Of a DNA stretch of 64,000 nt, positions 36,401 to 51,400 are shown piece after piece. Source of the stretch: Eledone cirrhosa (taxonomy: Eukaryota). The stretch is taken from assembly GCA_964016885.1 (NCBI GenBank), contig OZ024742.1:375534001-375598000 (forward strand). Reading direction: 5' to 3'. The position numbers were made by a program, and so were the translations under genes. A model generated the notes under the pieces. It was not told where the DNA came from and did not search any database. It worked only from the letters and a program-made list of their open reading frames with translations. The number at the start of each line of letters is the position of its first letter. Position 1 is the stretch's first letter.

Positions 36401-39400
36401 AACACCCAGAGGGTAATATTAAACTAGACAGGTTAAGTCTACCACCGAACACCCAGGTAGTAATGTTAAACTAGACAGGTTAAGTCTACCACCCAACACC
36501 CACGTAGTAATGTTAAACTAGACAGTTTAAGTCTACCACCCAACATCCAGGTAGTAATGTTAAACAAGACATTAAGTCTACCACCCAACACCCAGGTAGT
36601 AATGTTAAACTAGATAGGTTAAGTCTACCACCCAACACCCAAGTAGTAATGCTAAACTAGACAGGTTAAGTCTACCAACCAACACCCAGGTAGTAATGTT
36701 AAACTAGACATTAAGTCTACCACCCAACACCCAGGTAGTAATGTTAAACTAGACATTAAGTCTACCACCCAACACCCAGGTAGTAATGTTAAACTAGATA
36801 GGTTAAGTCTACCACCCAACACCCTAGTAGTAATGCTAAACTAAACAGGTTAAGTCTACCACCCAACACCCAGGTGGTAATGTTAAACTAGACAGTTTAA
36901 GTCTACCACCCAACAACCAGGTAGTAATGTTGAACTAGACATTAAGTCTACCCCCCAACAACCAGGTAGTAATGTTAAACTAGACAGTTTAAGTCTACCA
37001 CCCAACACCCAGGTAGTAATGTTAAACTAGACAGATTAAGTCTACCACCCAACACCCAGGTAGTAATGTTAAACTAGACATTAAGTCTACCACCCAACAC
37101 CCAGGTAGTGATGTTTAACTAGACATTAAGTCTACCACCCAACACCCAGGTAGTAATGTTAAACTAGACATTAAGTCAACACCCAGGTAGTAATGTTAAA
37201 CTAGACAGGTTAAGTCTAACACCCAACAGCCAGGTAGTAATGTTAAACTAGTCGTTAAGTCTACCACCCAACACCCAGGTAGTAATGTTAAACTAGATAG
37301 GTTAAGTCTACCACCCAACACCGAGGTAGTAATGTTAAACTAGACAGGTTAAGTCTACCACCCAACACCCAGGTAGTAATGTTAAACTAGATAGGTTAAG
37401 TCTACCACCCAACACCCAAGTAGTAATGCTAATCTAGACAGGTTAAGTCTACCACCCAACACCCAGCTAGGAATGTTAAACTAGACAGTTTAAGTCTACC
37501 ACCCAACACCCAGGTAGTAATGTTCAACCAGACATTAAGTCTACCACCCAGGTAGTAATGTTAAACTAGACAGTTTAAGTCTACCCCCAACACCCAGGTA
37601 GTAATGTTAAGCTAGACAGTTAAAGTCTACCAACCAACACCCAGAGGGTAATGTTAAACTAGACAGGTTAAGTCTACCACCCAACACCCAGGTAGTAATG
37701 TTAAACTAGACAGTTTAAGTCTACCACCCAACATCCAGGTAGTAATGTTAAATTAGACATTAAGTCTACCACCCAACACCCAGGTAGTAATGTTAAACTA
37801 GACATTAAGTCTACCACCCAACACCCAGGTAGTAATGTTAAACTAGATAGGTTAAGTCTACCACCCAACACCCAAGTAGTAATGCTAAACTAGACAGGTT
37901 AAGTCTACCACCCAACACCCAGGTAGTAATGTTCAACCAGACATTAAGTCTACCACCCAGGTAGTAATGTTAAACTAGACAGTTTAAGTCAATCACCCAA
38001 CACCCAGGTAGTAATGTTAAACTAGACAGTTTAAGTCTACCACCCAACACCCAGGTAGTAATGTTCAACCAGACATTAAGTCTACCACCCAGGTAGTAAT
38101 GTTAAACTAGACAGTTTAAGTCAATCACCCAACACCCAGGTAGTAATGTTAAACTAGACAGTTTAAGTCTACCCCCAACACCCAGGTAGTAATGTTAAGC
38201 TAGACAGTTAAAGTCTACCAACCAACACCCAGAGGGTAATATTAAACTAGACAGGTTAAGTCTACCACCGAACACCCAGGTAGTAATGTTAAACTAGACA
38301 GGTTAAGTCTACCACCCAACACCCAGGTAGTAATGTTAAACTAGACAGTTTAAGTCTACCACCCAACATCCAGGTAGTAATGTTAAATTAGACATTAAGT
38401 CTACCACCCAACACCCAGGTAGTAATGTTAAACTAGACATTAAGTCTACCACCCAACACCCAGGTAGTAATGTTAAACTAAACATTAAGTCTACCACCCA
38501 ACACCCAGGTAGTAATGTTAAACTAGATAGGTTAAGTCTACCACCCAACACCCAAGTAGTAATGCTAAACTAGACAGGTTAAGTCTACCACCCAACACCC
38601 AGGTATTAATGTTAAACTAGACATTAAGTCTACCACCCAACATCCAGGTAGTAATGTTAAACTAGACAGATTAAGTCTACCACCCAACACCCAGGTAGTA
38701 ATGCTAAACTAGACATTAAGTCTACCACCCAACACCCAGGTAGTAATGTTAAACTAGACAGATTAAGTCTACCACCCAACACCCAGGTAGTAATGTTAAA
38801 CTAGACATTAAGTCTACCACCCAACACCCAGGTAGTAATGTTAAACTAGACAGTTTAAGTCTACCACCCAACACCCAGGTAGTAATGTTAAACTAGACAG
38901 TTTAAGTCTACCAACCAACACCCAGGAATTAATGTTAAACTAGACATTAAGTATACCACCCAGGTAGTAATGTTAAACTAGATAGGTTAAGTCTACCACC
39001 CAACACCCAAGTAGTAATGCTAAACTAGACAGGTTAAGTCTACCACCCAACACCCAGGTAGTAATGTTAAACTAGACATTAAGTCTACCACCCAACACCC
39101 AGGTAGTAATGTTAAACTAGATAGGTTAAGTCTACCACCCAACACCCAGGTAGTAATGTTAAACTAGACATTAAGTCTACCACCCAACACCCAGGTAGTA
39201 ATGTTAAACTAGACATTAAGTCTACCACCCAACACCCAGGTAGTAATGTTAAACTAGATAGGTTAAGTCTACCACCCAACACCCAAGTAGTAATGCTAAA
39301 CTAGACAGGTTAAGTCAACCACCAGACACCCAGGTAGTAATGTTAAACTAGACAGGTTAAGTCTACCACCCAACACCCAGGTAGTAATGTTAAACTAGAC

Positions 39401-42400
39401 AGGTTAAGTCTACCACCCAACACCCAGCTAGGAATGTTAAACTAGAGAGTTTAAGTCTACCACCCAACATCCAGGTAGTAATGTTAAACTAGACATTAAG
39501 TCTACCACCCAGGTAGTAATGTTAAACTAGATAGTTTAAGTCAACCACCAGACACCCAGGTAGTAATGTTAAACTAGACAGGTTAAGTCTACCACCCAAC
39601 ACCCATGTAGTAATGTTAAACTAAACATTAAGTCTACCACCCGACACCAAGGTAGTAATGTTAAACTAGACAGATTAAGTCTACCACCCAACACCCAGGT
39701 AGTAATGTTAAACTAGACAGGTTAAGTCTACCACCCAACACCCAGGTAGTAATGTTAAACTAGACAGGTTAACTCTACCACCCAACACCCAGGTGGTAAT
39801 GTTAAACAAGACAGTTTAAGTCTACCACCCAACACCCAGGTGGTAATGTTAAACAAGACATTAAGTCTACCACCAAACACCCAGGTGTTAATGTTAAACT
39901 AGACAGTTTAAGTCTACCACCCAACGCCCAGGTGGTAATGTTAAACTAGACAGTTTAAGTCTACCACCCAACAACCAGGTAGTAATGTTGAACTATACAG
40001 TTTAAGTCTACCACCCAACACCCAGGTGGTAATGTTAAACAAGACATTAAGTCTACCACAAAACACCCAGGTGTTAATGTAAAACTAGACAGTTTAAGTC
40101 TACCACCCAACACCCAGGTAGTAATGTTAAACTAGACATTAAGTCTACCACCCAACACCCAGGTGTTAATGTAAAACTAGACAGTTTAAGTCTACCACCC
40201 ACCACCCAGATAGTAATGTTAAACTAGACATTATGTCTACCACCCAACACCCAGGTAGTGATGTTTAACTAGACATTAAGTCTACCACCCAACACCCAGG
40301 TAGTAATGTTAAACTACACATTAAGTGTACCGCCCAACACACAGGTAGTAATGTTAAACTACACAGTTTAAGTCTACCACCCAACAGCCAGGTAGTAATG
40401 TTAAACTAGTCATTAAGTCTACCACCCAACAGCCAGGTAGTAATGTTAAACTAGTCATTAAGTCTACCACCCAACACCCAGGTAGTAATGTTAAACTAGA
40501 TAGGTTAAGTCTACCACCCAACACCCAGGTAGTAATGTTAAACTAGACAGGTTAAGTCTACCACCCAACAACCAGGTAGTAATGTTAAACTAGACATTAA
40601 GTCTACCACCCAACACCCAGGTAGTAATGTTAAACTAGATAGGTTAAGTCTACCACCCAACACCCAAGTAGTAATGCTAAACTAGACAGGTTAAGTCTAC
40701 CACCCAACACCCAGGTAGGAATGTTAAACTAGACAGTTTAAGTCTACCACCCAACATCCAGGTAGTAATGTTAAACTAGACAGATTAAGTCTACCACCCA
40801 ACACCCAGCTAGGAATGTTAAACTAGACAGTTTAAGTCTACCACCCAACACCCAGGTAGTAATGTTCAACTAGACATTAATTCTACCACCCAACACCCAG
40901 GTAGTAATGTTAAACTAGACAGTTTAAGTCTACCACCCAACACCCAGGTAGTAATGTTAAACTAGACAGTGTAAGTCTACCCCCAACACCCAGGTAGTAA
41001 TGTTAAGCTAGACAGTTAAAGTCTACCAACCAACACCCAGAGGGTAATATTAAACTAGACAGGTTAAGTCTACCACCGAACACCCAGGTAGTAATGTTAA
41101 ACTAGACAGGTTAAGTCTACCACCCAACACCCACGTAGTAATGTTAAACTAGACAGTTTAAGTCTACCACCCAACATCCAGGTAGTAATGTTAAACTAGA
41201 CATTAAGTCTACCACCCAACACCCAGGTAGTAATGTTAAACCAGATAGGTTAAGTCTACCACCCAACACCCAAGTAGTAATGCTAAACTAGACAGGTTAA
41301 GTCTACCACCCAACACCCAGGTAGTAATGTTAAACTAGACATTAAGTCTACCACCCAACACCCAGGTAGTAATGTTAAACTAGACATTAAGTCTACCACC
41401 CAACACCCAGGTAGTAATGTTAAACTAGATAGGTTAAGTCTACCACCCAACACCCAAGTAGTAATGCTAAACTAGACAGGTTAAGTCTACCACCCAACAC
41501 CCAGGTAGTAATGTTAAACTAGACAGTTTAAGTCTACCACCCAACACCCAGGTAGTAATGTTAAACTAGACAGTTTAAGTCTACCAACCAACACCCAGGT
41601 AGTAATGTTAAACTAGACATTAAGTATACCACCCAGGTAGTAATGTTAAACTAGATAGTTTAAGTCAACCACCAGACACCCTGGTAGTAATGTTAAACTA
41701 GACAGGTTAAGTCTACCACCCAACACCCAGGTAGTAATGTTAAACTAGACAGGTTAAGTCTACCACCCAACACCCAGGTAGTAATGTTAAACTAGACAGG
41801 TTAAGTCTACCACCCAACACCCAGCTAGGAATGTTAAACTAGAGAGTTTAAGTCTACCACCCAACATCCAGGTAGTAATGTTAAACTAGACATTAAGTCT
41901 ACCACCCAGGTAGTAATGTTAAACTAGATAGTTTAAGTCAACCACCAGACACCCAGGTAGTAATGTTAAACTAGACAGGTTAAGTCTACCACCCAACACC
42001 CATGTACTAATGTTAAACTAAACATTAAGTCTACCACCCGACACCAAGGTAGTAATGTTAAACTAGACAGGTTAAGTCTACCACCCAACACCCAGGTGGT
42101 AATGTTAAACTAGACAGGTTAAGTGTACCACCCAACACGCAGGTAGTAATGTTAAACTAGACATTAAGTCTACCACCCAACACCCAAGTAGTAATGTTAA
42201 ACTAGATAGGTTAAGTCTACCACACATCACCCAGGTAGTAATGTTAAACTAGACATATTAAGTCTACCACCCAACACCGAGGGGGTAATATTAAACTAGA
42301 CATTTTAAGTCTACCACCCAACACCCAGGTAGTAATGTTAAACTAGACAGTTTAATCTACCACCCACAACCCAGGTAGTAATGTTAAAATAGACATTAAG

Positions 42401-45400
42401 TTTACCACCCAATACCCAGGTAGTAATATTAAACTAGACAGTTTACGTTTACTACCACGCACCCAGGTAGTAATGTTAAACTAGACATTACGTCTACCAC
42501 CCAACACCCAGGTAGTAATGTTAAACTAGACAGTTTACGTTTACTACCACACACCCAGGTAGTAATGTTAAACTAGACATTAAGTCAACACCCAGGTAGT
42601 AATGTTAAACTAGACAGGTTAAGTCTACCACCCAACAGCCAGGTAGTAATGTTAAACTAGTCATTAAGTCTACCACCCAACAGCTAGGTAGTAATGTTAA
42701 ACTAGTCATTAAGTCTACCACCCAACACCCAGGTAGTAATGTTAAACTAGATAGGTTAAGTCTACCACCCAACACCCAGGTAGTAATGTTAAACTAGACA
42801 TTAAGTCTACCACCCAACACCCAGGTAGTAATGTTAAACTAGATAGGTTAAGTCTACCACCCAACACCCAAGTAGTAATGCTAAACTAGACAGGTTAAGT
42901 CTACCACCCAACACCCAGGTAGGAATGTTAAACTAGACAGTTTAAGTCTACCACCCAACATCCAGGTAGTAATGTTAAACTAGACAGATTAAGTCTACCA
43001 CCCAACACCCAGCTAGGAATGTTAAACTAGACAGTTTAAGTCTACCACCCAACACCCAGGTAGTAATGTTCAACTAGAGATTAATTCTACCACCCAACAC
43101 CCAGGTAGTAATGTTAAACTAGACAGTTTAAGTCTACCACCCAACACCCAGGTAGTAATGTTAAACTAGACAGTTTAAGTCTACCCCCAACACCCAGGTA
43201 GTAATGTTAAGCTAGACAGTTAAAGTCTACCAACCAACACCCAGAGGGTAATATTAAACTAGACAGGTTAAGTCTACCACCGAACACCCAGGTAGTAATG
43301 TTAAACTAGACAGGTTAAGTCTACCACCCAACACCCACGTAGTAATGTTAAACTAGACAGTTTAAGTCTACCACCCAACATCCAGGTAGTAATGTTAAAC
43401 TAGACATTAAGTCTACCACCCAACACCCAGGTAGTAATGTTAAACTAGATAGGTTAAGTCTAGCACCCAACACCCAAGTAGTAATGCTAAACTAGACAGG
43501 TTAAGTCTACCACCCAACACCCAGGTAGTAATGTTAAACTAGACATTAAGTCTACCACCCAACACCCAGGTAGTAATGTTAAACTAGACATTAAGTCTAC
43601 CACCCAACACGCAGGTAGTAATGTTAAACTAGATAGGTTAAGTCTACCACCCAACACCCAAGTAGTAATGCTAAACTAGACAGGTTAAGTCTACCACCCA
43701 ACACCCAGGTAGTAATGTTAAACTAGACATTAAGTCTACCACCCAACACCCAGGTAGTAATGTTAAACTAGATAGGTTAAGTCTACCACCCAACACCCAA
43801 GTAGTAATGCTAAACTAGACGGGTTAAGTCTACCACCCAACACCCAGGTAGTAATGTTAAACTAGACATTAAGTCTACCACCCAACACCCAGGTAGTAAT
43901 GTTAAACTAGACATTAAGTCTACCACCCAACACCCAGGTAGTAATGTTAAACTAGATAGGTTAAGTCTACCACCCAACACCCAAGTAGCAATGCTAAACT
44001 AGACAGGTTAAGTCTACCACCCAACACCCAGGTAGTAATGTTAAACTAGACAGTTTAAGTCTACCAACCAACACCCAGGTAGTAATGTTAAACTAGACAG
44101 TTTAAGTCTACCAACCAACACCCAGGTAGTAATGTTAAACTAGACATTAAGTATACCACCCAGGTAGTAATGTTAAACTAGATAGTTTAAGTCAACCACC
44201 AGACACACAGGTAGTAATGTTAAACTAGACAGGTTAAGTCTACCACCCAACTACCATGTAGTAATGTTAAACTAAACATTAAACATTAAGTCTACCACCC
44301 GACACCAAGGTAGTAATGTTAAACTAGACAGGTTAAGTCTACCACCCAACACCCAGGTAGTAATGTTAAACTAGACAGGTTAAATGTACCACCCAACACC
44401 CAGGTAGTAATGTTAAACTAGACAGGTTAAGTGTACCACCCAACACGCAGGTAGTAATGTTAAACTAGACATTAAGTCTACCACCCAACACCCAAGTAGT
44501 AATGTTAAACTAGATAGGTTAAGTCTACCACACATCACCCAGGTAGTAATGTTAAACTAAACATATTAAGTCTACCACCCAACACAGAGGGGGTAATATT
44601 AAACTAGACATTTTAAGTCTACCACCCAACACCCAGGTAGTAATGTTAAACTAGACAGTTTAATCTACCACCCAACACCCAGGTAGTAATGCTAAACTAG
44701 ACATTAAGTCTACCACCCAACACCCAGGTAGTAATGTTAAACTAGACAGTTTAAGTCTACCACCCAACAGCCAGGTAGTAATGTTAAACTAGACATTAAG
44801 TCTACCACCCAACACCCAGGTAGTAATGTTAAACTAGACAGATTAAGTCTACCACCCAACACCCAAGTAGTAATGTTAAACTAGAGAGTTTAAGTCTACC
44901 ACCCAACACCCAGCAAGGAACGTTAAACTAGACATTAAGTCTACCACCCAACACCCAGGTAGTAATGTTAAACTAGACAGGTTAAGTCTACCACCCAACA
45001 TCCAGGTAGTAATGTTAACTAGACATTAAGTCTACCACCTAAAACCAAGGTAGTAATGTTAAACTAAACATTAAGTCTACCACACAACACCCAGGTAGTA
45101 ATGTTAAACTAGACAGGTTAAGTCTACCACCTAACACCCCGGTAGTAATGTTATACTAGACAGATTAAGTCTACCACCCAACACCCAGGTAATAATGTTA
45201 AACTAGACAGTTTACGTTTACTAACCAACACCCATGTAGTAATGTTAATCTAGACATTACGTCTAACACCCAACACCGATGTGGTAATGTTAAACTAGCT
45301 GTTTAAGTCTACCACCCAACACCCAGGTAGTAATGTTAAACTAGACGGTTTAAGTCTACCACCCAACACCCATGTAGTAATGCTAAACTAGACAGGTTAA

Positions 45401-48400
45401 GTCTACCACCCAACACCCAGGTAGTAATGTTAAACTAGACAGGGTAAGTCTACCACCCACAACCCAGGTAGTAATGTTAAAATAGACATTAAGTTTACCA
45501 CCCAATACCCAGGTAGTAATATTAAACTAGACAGTTTACGTTTACTACCACGCACCCAGGTAGTAATGTTAAACTAGACATTACGTCTACCACCCAACAC
45601 CCAGGTAGTAATGTTAAACTAGACAGTTTACGTTTACTACCACACACCCAGGTAGTAATGTTAAACTAGACATTAAGTCAACACCCAGGTAGTAATGTTA
45701 AACTAGACAGGTTAAGTCTACCACCCAACAGCCAGGTAGTAATGTTAAACTAGTCATTAAGTCTACCACCCAACAGCTAGGTAGTAATGTTAAACTAGTC
45801 ATTAAGTCTACCACCCAACACCCAGGTAGTAATGTTAAACTAGATAGGTTAAGTCTACCACCCAACACCCAGGTAGTAATGTTAAACTAGACATTAAGTC
45901 TACCACCCAACACCCAGGTAGTAATGTTAAACTAGATAGGTTAAGTCTACCACCCAACACCCAAGTAGTAATGCTAAACTAGACAGGTTAAGTCTACCAC
46001 CCAACACCCAGGTAGGAATGTTAAACTAGACAGTTTAAGTCTACCACCCAACATCCAGGTAGTAATGTTAAACTAGACAGATTAAGTCTACCACCCAACA
46101 CCCAGCTAGGAATGTTAAACTAGACAGTTTAAGTCTACCACCCAACACCCAGGTAGTAATGTTCAACTAGAGATTAATTCTACCACCCAACACCCAGGTA
46201 GTAATGTTAAACTAGACAGTTTAAGTCTACCACCCAACACCCAGGTAGTAATGTTAAACTAGACAGTTTAAGTCTACCCCCAACACCCAGGTAGTAATGT
46301 TAAGCTAGACAGTTAAAGTCTACCAACCAACACCCAGAGGGTAATATTAAACTAGACAGGTTAAGTCTACCACCGAACACCCAGGTAGTAATGTTAAACT
46401 AGACAGGCTAAGTCTACCACCCAACACCCACGTAGTAATGTTAAACTAGACAGTTTAAGTCTACCACCCAACATCCAGGTAGTAATGTTAAACTAGACAT
46501 TAAGTCTACCACCCAACACCCAGGTAGTAATGTTAAACTAGATAGGTTAAGTCTAGCACCCAACACCCAAGTAGTAATGCTAAACTAGACAGGTTAAGTC
46601 TACCACCCAACACCCAGGTAGTAATGTTAAACTAGACATTAAGTCTACCACCCAACACCCAGGTAGTAATGTTAAACTAGACATTAAGTCTACCACCCAA
46701 CACGCAGGTAGTAATGTTAAACTAGATAGGTTAAGTCTACAACCCAACACCCAAGTAGTAATGCTAAACTAGACAGGTTAAGTCTACCACCCAACACCCA
46801 GGTAGTAATGTTAAACTAGACATTAAGTCTACCACCCAACACCCAGGTAGTAATGTTAAACTAGATAGGTTAAGTCTACCACCCAACACCCAAGTAGTAA
46901 TGCTAAACTAGACGGGTTAAGTCTACCACCCAACACCCAGGTAGTAATGTTAAACTAGACATTAAGTCTACCACCCAACACCCAGGTAGTAATGTTAAAC
47001 TAGACATTAAGTCTACCACCCAACACCCAGGTAGTAATGTTAAACTAGATAGGTTAAGTCTACCACCCAACACCCAAGTAGCAATGCTAAACTAGACAGG
47101 TTAAGTCTACCACCCAACACCCAGGTAGTAATGTTAAACTAGACAGTTTAAGTCTACCAACCAACACCCAGGTAGTAATGTTAAACTAGACAGTTTAAGT
47201 CTACCAACCAACACCCAGGTAGTAATGTTAAACTAGACATTAAGTATACCACCCAGGTAGTAATGTTAAACTAGATAGTTTAAGTCAACCACCAGACACA
47301 CAGGTAGTAATGTTAAACTAGACAGGTTAAGTCTACCACCCAACTACCATGTAGTAATGTTAAACTAAACATTAAACATTAAGTCTACCACCCGACACCA
47401 AGGTAGTAATGTTAAACTAGACAGGTTAAGTCTACCACCCAACACCCAGGTAGTAATGTTAAACTAGACAGGTTAAATGTACCACCCAACACCCAGGTAG
47501 TAATGTTAAACTAGACAGGTTAAGTGTACCACCCAACACGCAGGTAGTAATGTTAAACTAGACATTAAGTCTACCACCCAACACCCAAGTAGTAATGTTA
47601 AACTAGATAGGTTAAGTCTACCACACATCACCCAGGTAGTAATGTTAAACTAGACATATTAAGTCTACCACCCAACACAGAGGGGGTAATATTAAACTAG
47701 ACATTTTAAGTCTACCACCCAACACCCAGGTAGTAATGTTAAACTAGACAGTTTAATCTACCACCCAACACCCAGGTAGTAATGCTAAACTAGACAATAA
47801 GTCTACCACCCAACACCCAGGTAGTAATGTTAAACTAGACAGGCTAAGTAATGTTAAAATAGACATTAAGTTTACCAGGTAGTAATGTTAAAATAGACAT
47901 TAAGTCTACCACCCAATACCCAGGTAGTAATATTAAACTAGACAGTTTACGTTTACTACCACGCACCCAGGTAGTAATGTTAAACTAGACATTACGTCTA
48001 CCACCCAACACCCAGGTAGTAATGTTAAACTAGACAGTTTACGTTTACTACCACACCCCCAGGTAGTAATGTTAAACTAGACATTAAGTCAACACCCAGG
48101 TAGTAATGTTAAACTAGACAGGTTAAGTCTACCACCCAACAGCCAGGTAGTAATGTTAAACTAGTCATTAAGTCTACCACCCAACAGCTAGGTAGTAATG
48201 TTAAACTAGTCATTAAGTCTACCACCCAACACCCAGGTAGTAATGTTAAACTAGATAGGTTAAGTCTACCACCCAACACCCAGGTAGTAATGTTAAACTA
48301 GACAGGTTAAGTCTACCACCCAACACCCAGGTAGTAATGTTAAACTAGACATTAAGTCTACCACCCAACACCCAGGTAGTAATGTTAAACTAGATAGGTT

Positions 48401-51400
48401 AAGTCTACCACCCAACACCCAAGTAGTAATGCTAAACTAGACAGGTTAAGTCTACCACCCAACACCCAGGTAGGAATGTTAAACTAGACAGTTTAAGTCT
48501 ACCACCCAACATCCAGGTAGTAATGTTAAACTAGACAGATTAAGTCTACCACCCAACACCCAGCTAGGAATGTTAAACTAGACAGTTTAAGTCTACCACC
48601 CAACACCCAGGTAGTAATGTTCAACTAGACATTAATTCTACCACCCAACACCCAGGTAGTAATGTTAAACTAGACAGTTTAAGTCTACCACCCAACACCC
48701 AGGTAGTAATGTTAAACTAGACAGTTTAAGTCTACCCCCAACACCCAGGTAGTAATGTTAAGCTAGACAGTTAAAGTCTACCAACCAACACCCAGAGGGT
48801 AATATTAAACTAGACAGGTTAAGTCTACCACCGAACACCCAGGTAGTAATGTAAAACTAGACAGGTTAAGTCTACCACCCAACACCCACGTAGTAATGTT
48901 AAACTAGACAGTTTAAGTCTACCACCCAACATCCAGGTAGTAATGTTAAACTAGACATTAAGTCTACCACCCAACACTCAGGTAGTAATGTTAAACTAGA
49001 CATTAAGTCTACCACCCAACACCCAGGTAGTAATGTTAAACTAGATAGGTTAAGTCTACCACCCAACACCCAAGTAGTAATGCTAAACTAGACAGGTTAA
49101 GTCTACCACCCAACACCCAGGTAGTAATGTTAAACTAGACATTAAGTCTACCACCCAACACCCAGGTAGTAATGTTAAACTAGATAGGTTAAGTCTACCA
49201 CCCAACACCCAAGTAGTAATGCTAAACTAGACAGGTTAAGTCTACCACCCAACACCCAGGTAGTAATGTTAAACTAGACATTAAGTCTACCACCCAACAC
49301 CCAGGTAGTAATGTTAAACTAGATAGGTTAAGTCTACCACCCAACACCCAAGTAGTAATGCTAAACTAGACAGGTTAAGTCTACCACCCAACACCCAGGT
49401 AGTAATGTTAAACTAGACATTAAGTCTACCACCCAACACCCAGGTAGTAATGTTAAACTAGACATTAAGTCTACCACCCAACACCCAGGTAGTAATGTTA
49501 AACTAGATAGGTTAAGTCTACCACCCAACACCCAAGTAGTAATGCTAAACTAGACAGGTTAAGTCTACCACCCAACACCCAGGTAGTAATGTTAAACTAG
49601 ACAGTTTAAGTCTACCACCCAACACCCAGGTAGTAATGTTAAACTAGACAGTTTAAGTCTACCAACCAACACCCAGGTAGTAATGTTAAACTAGACATTA
49701 AGTATACCACCCAGGTAGTAATGTTAAACTAGATAGTTTAAGTCAACCACCAGACACCCAGGTAGTAATGTTAAACTAGACAGGTTAAGTCTACCACCCA
49801 ACACCCATGTAGTAATGTTAAACTAAACATTAAGTCTACCACCCGACACCAAGGTAGTAATGTTAAACTAGACAGGTTAAGTCTACCACCCAACACCCAG
49901 GTAGTAATGTTAAACTAGACAGGTTAAGTGTACCACCCAACACGCAGGTAGTAATGTTAAACTAGACATTAAGTCTACCACCCAACACCCAAGTAGTAAT
50001 GTTAAACTAGATAGGTTAAGTCTACCACACATCACCCAGGTAGTAATGTTAAACTAGACATATTAAGTCTACCACCCAACACCGAGGGGGTAATATTAAA
50101 CTAGACATTTTAAGTCTACCACCCAACACCCAGGTAGTAATGTTAAACTAGACAGTTTAATCTACCACCCAACACCCAGGTAGTAATGCTAAACTAGACA
50201 TTAAGTCTACCACCCAACACCCAGGTAGTAATGTTAAACTAGACAGTTTAAGTCTACCACCCAACAGCCAGGTAGTAACGTTAAACTAGACATTAAGTCT
50301 ACCACCCAACACCCAGGTAGTAATGTTAAACTAGACAGATTAAGTCTACCACCCAACACCCAAGTAGTAATGTTAAACTAGAGAGTTTATGTCTACCACC
50401 CAACACCCAGGTAGTAATGTTAAACTAGAGAGGTTAAGTCTACCACCCAACACCCAGGTAGTAATGTTAAATTAGACAGGTTACGTCTACCACCCAACAC
50501 CCAGGTAGTAAAGTTAAACTAGACATTAAGTCTACCACCCAACACCCAGGTAGTAATGCTAAACTAGACATTAAGTCTACCACCCAACACCCATGTGGTA
50601 ATGTTAAACTAGACAGTTTAAATCTACCACCCAACACCCAGGAAGTAATGTTAAACTAGACTGTTTCAGTCTACCACCCAACACCCAGGTAGTAATGTTA
50701 AACTAGACATTAAGTCTACCACACAACACCCAGTTAGTAATGTTAAACTAGACAGGTTAAGTCTACCACGCAACACCCAGGTAGTAATGTTAAACTAGAC
50801 AGGTTAAGTCTACCAACCAACACCCAGGTAGTAATGTTAAACTAGACATTAAGTCTACCACCCAACACCCAGGTAGTAATATTAAACTAAACAGGTTAAG
50901 TCTACCACACAACACCCAGGTGGTAATGTTAAACTAGACAGGTTAAGTCTACCACCCAACACCCAGGTACTAATGTTAAAGTAGACAGATTAAGTCTACC
51001 ACCCAACAACCAGGTTGTAATGTTAAACTAGATAGGTTAAATCTACCACCCAACACCCAGGTAGTAATGTTAAACTAGACAGGTTAAGTCTACCACACAA
51101 CATCCAGGTAGTAATGTTAAACTAGACATTAAGTCTACCACCCAATACCCAGGTGTTAATGTTAAACTAGACAATAAATCTACCACACAACACCCAGGTG
51201 GTAATGTTAAACTCGACATTAAGTCTACCACCCAACACCCAGGTAGTAATGTTAAACTAGACAGGTTAAGTCTACCAACCAACACCCAGGTAGTAATGTT
51301 AAACTAGACATTAAGTCTACCACCCAACACCCAGGTAGTAATATTAAACTAAACAGGTTAAGTCTACCACACAACACCCAGGTGGTAATGTTAAACTAGA

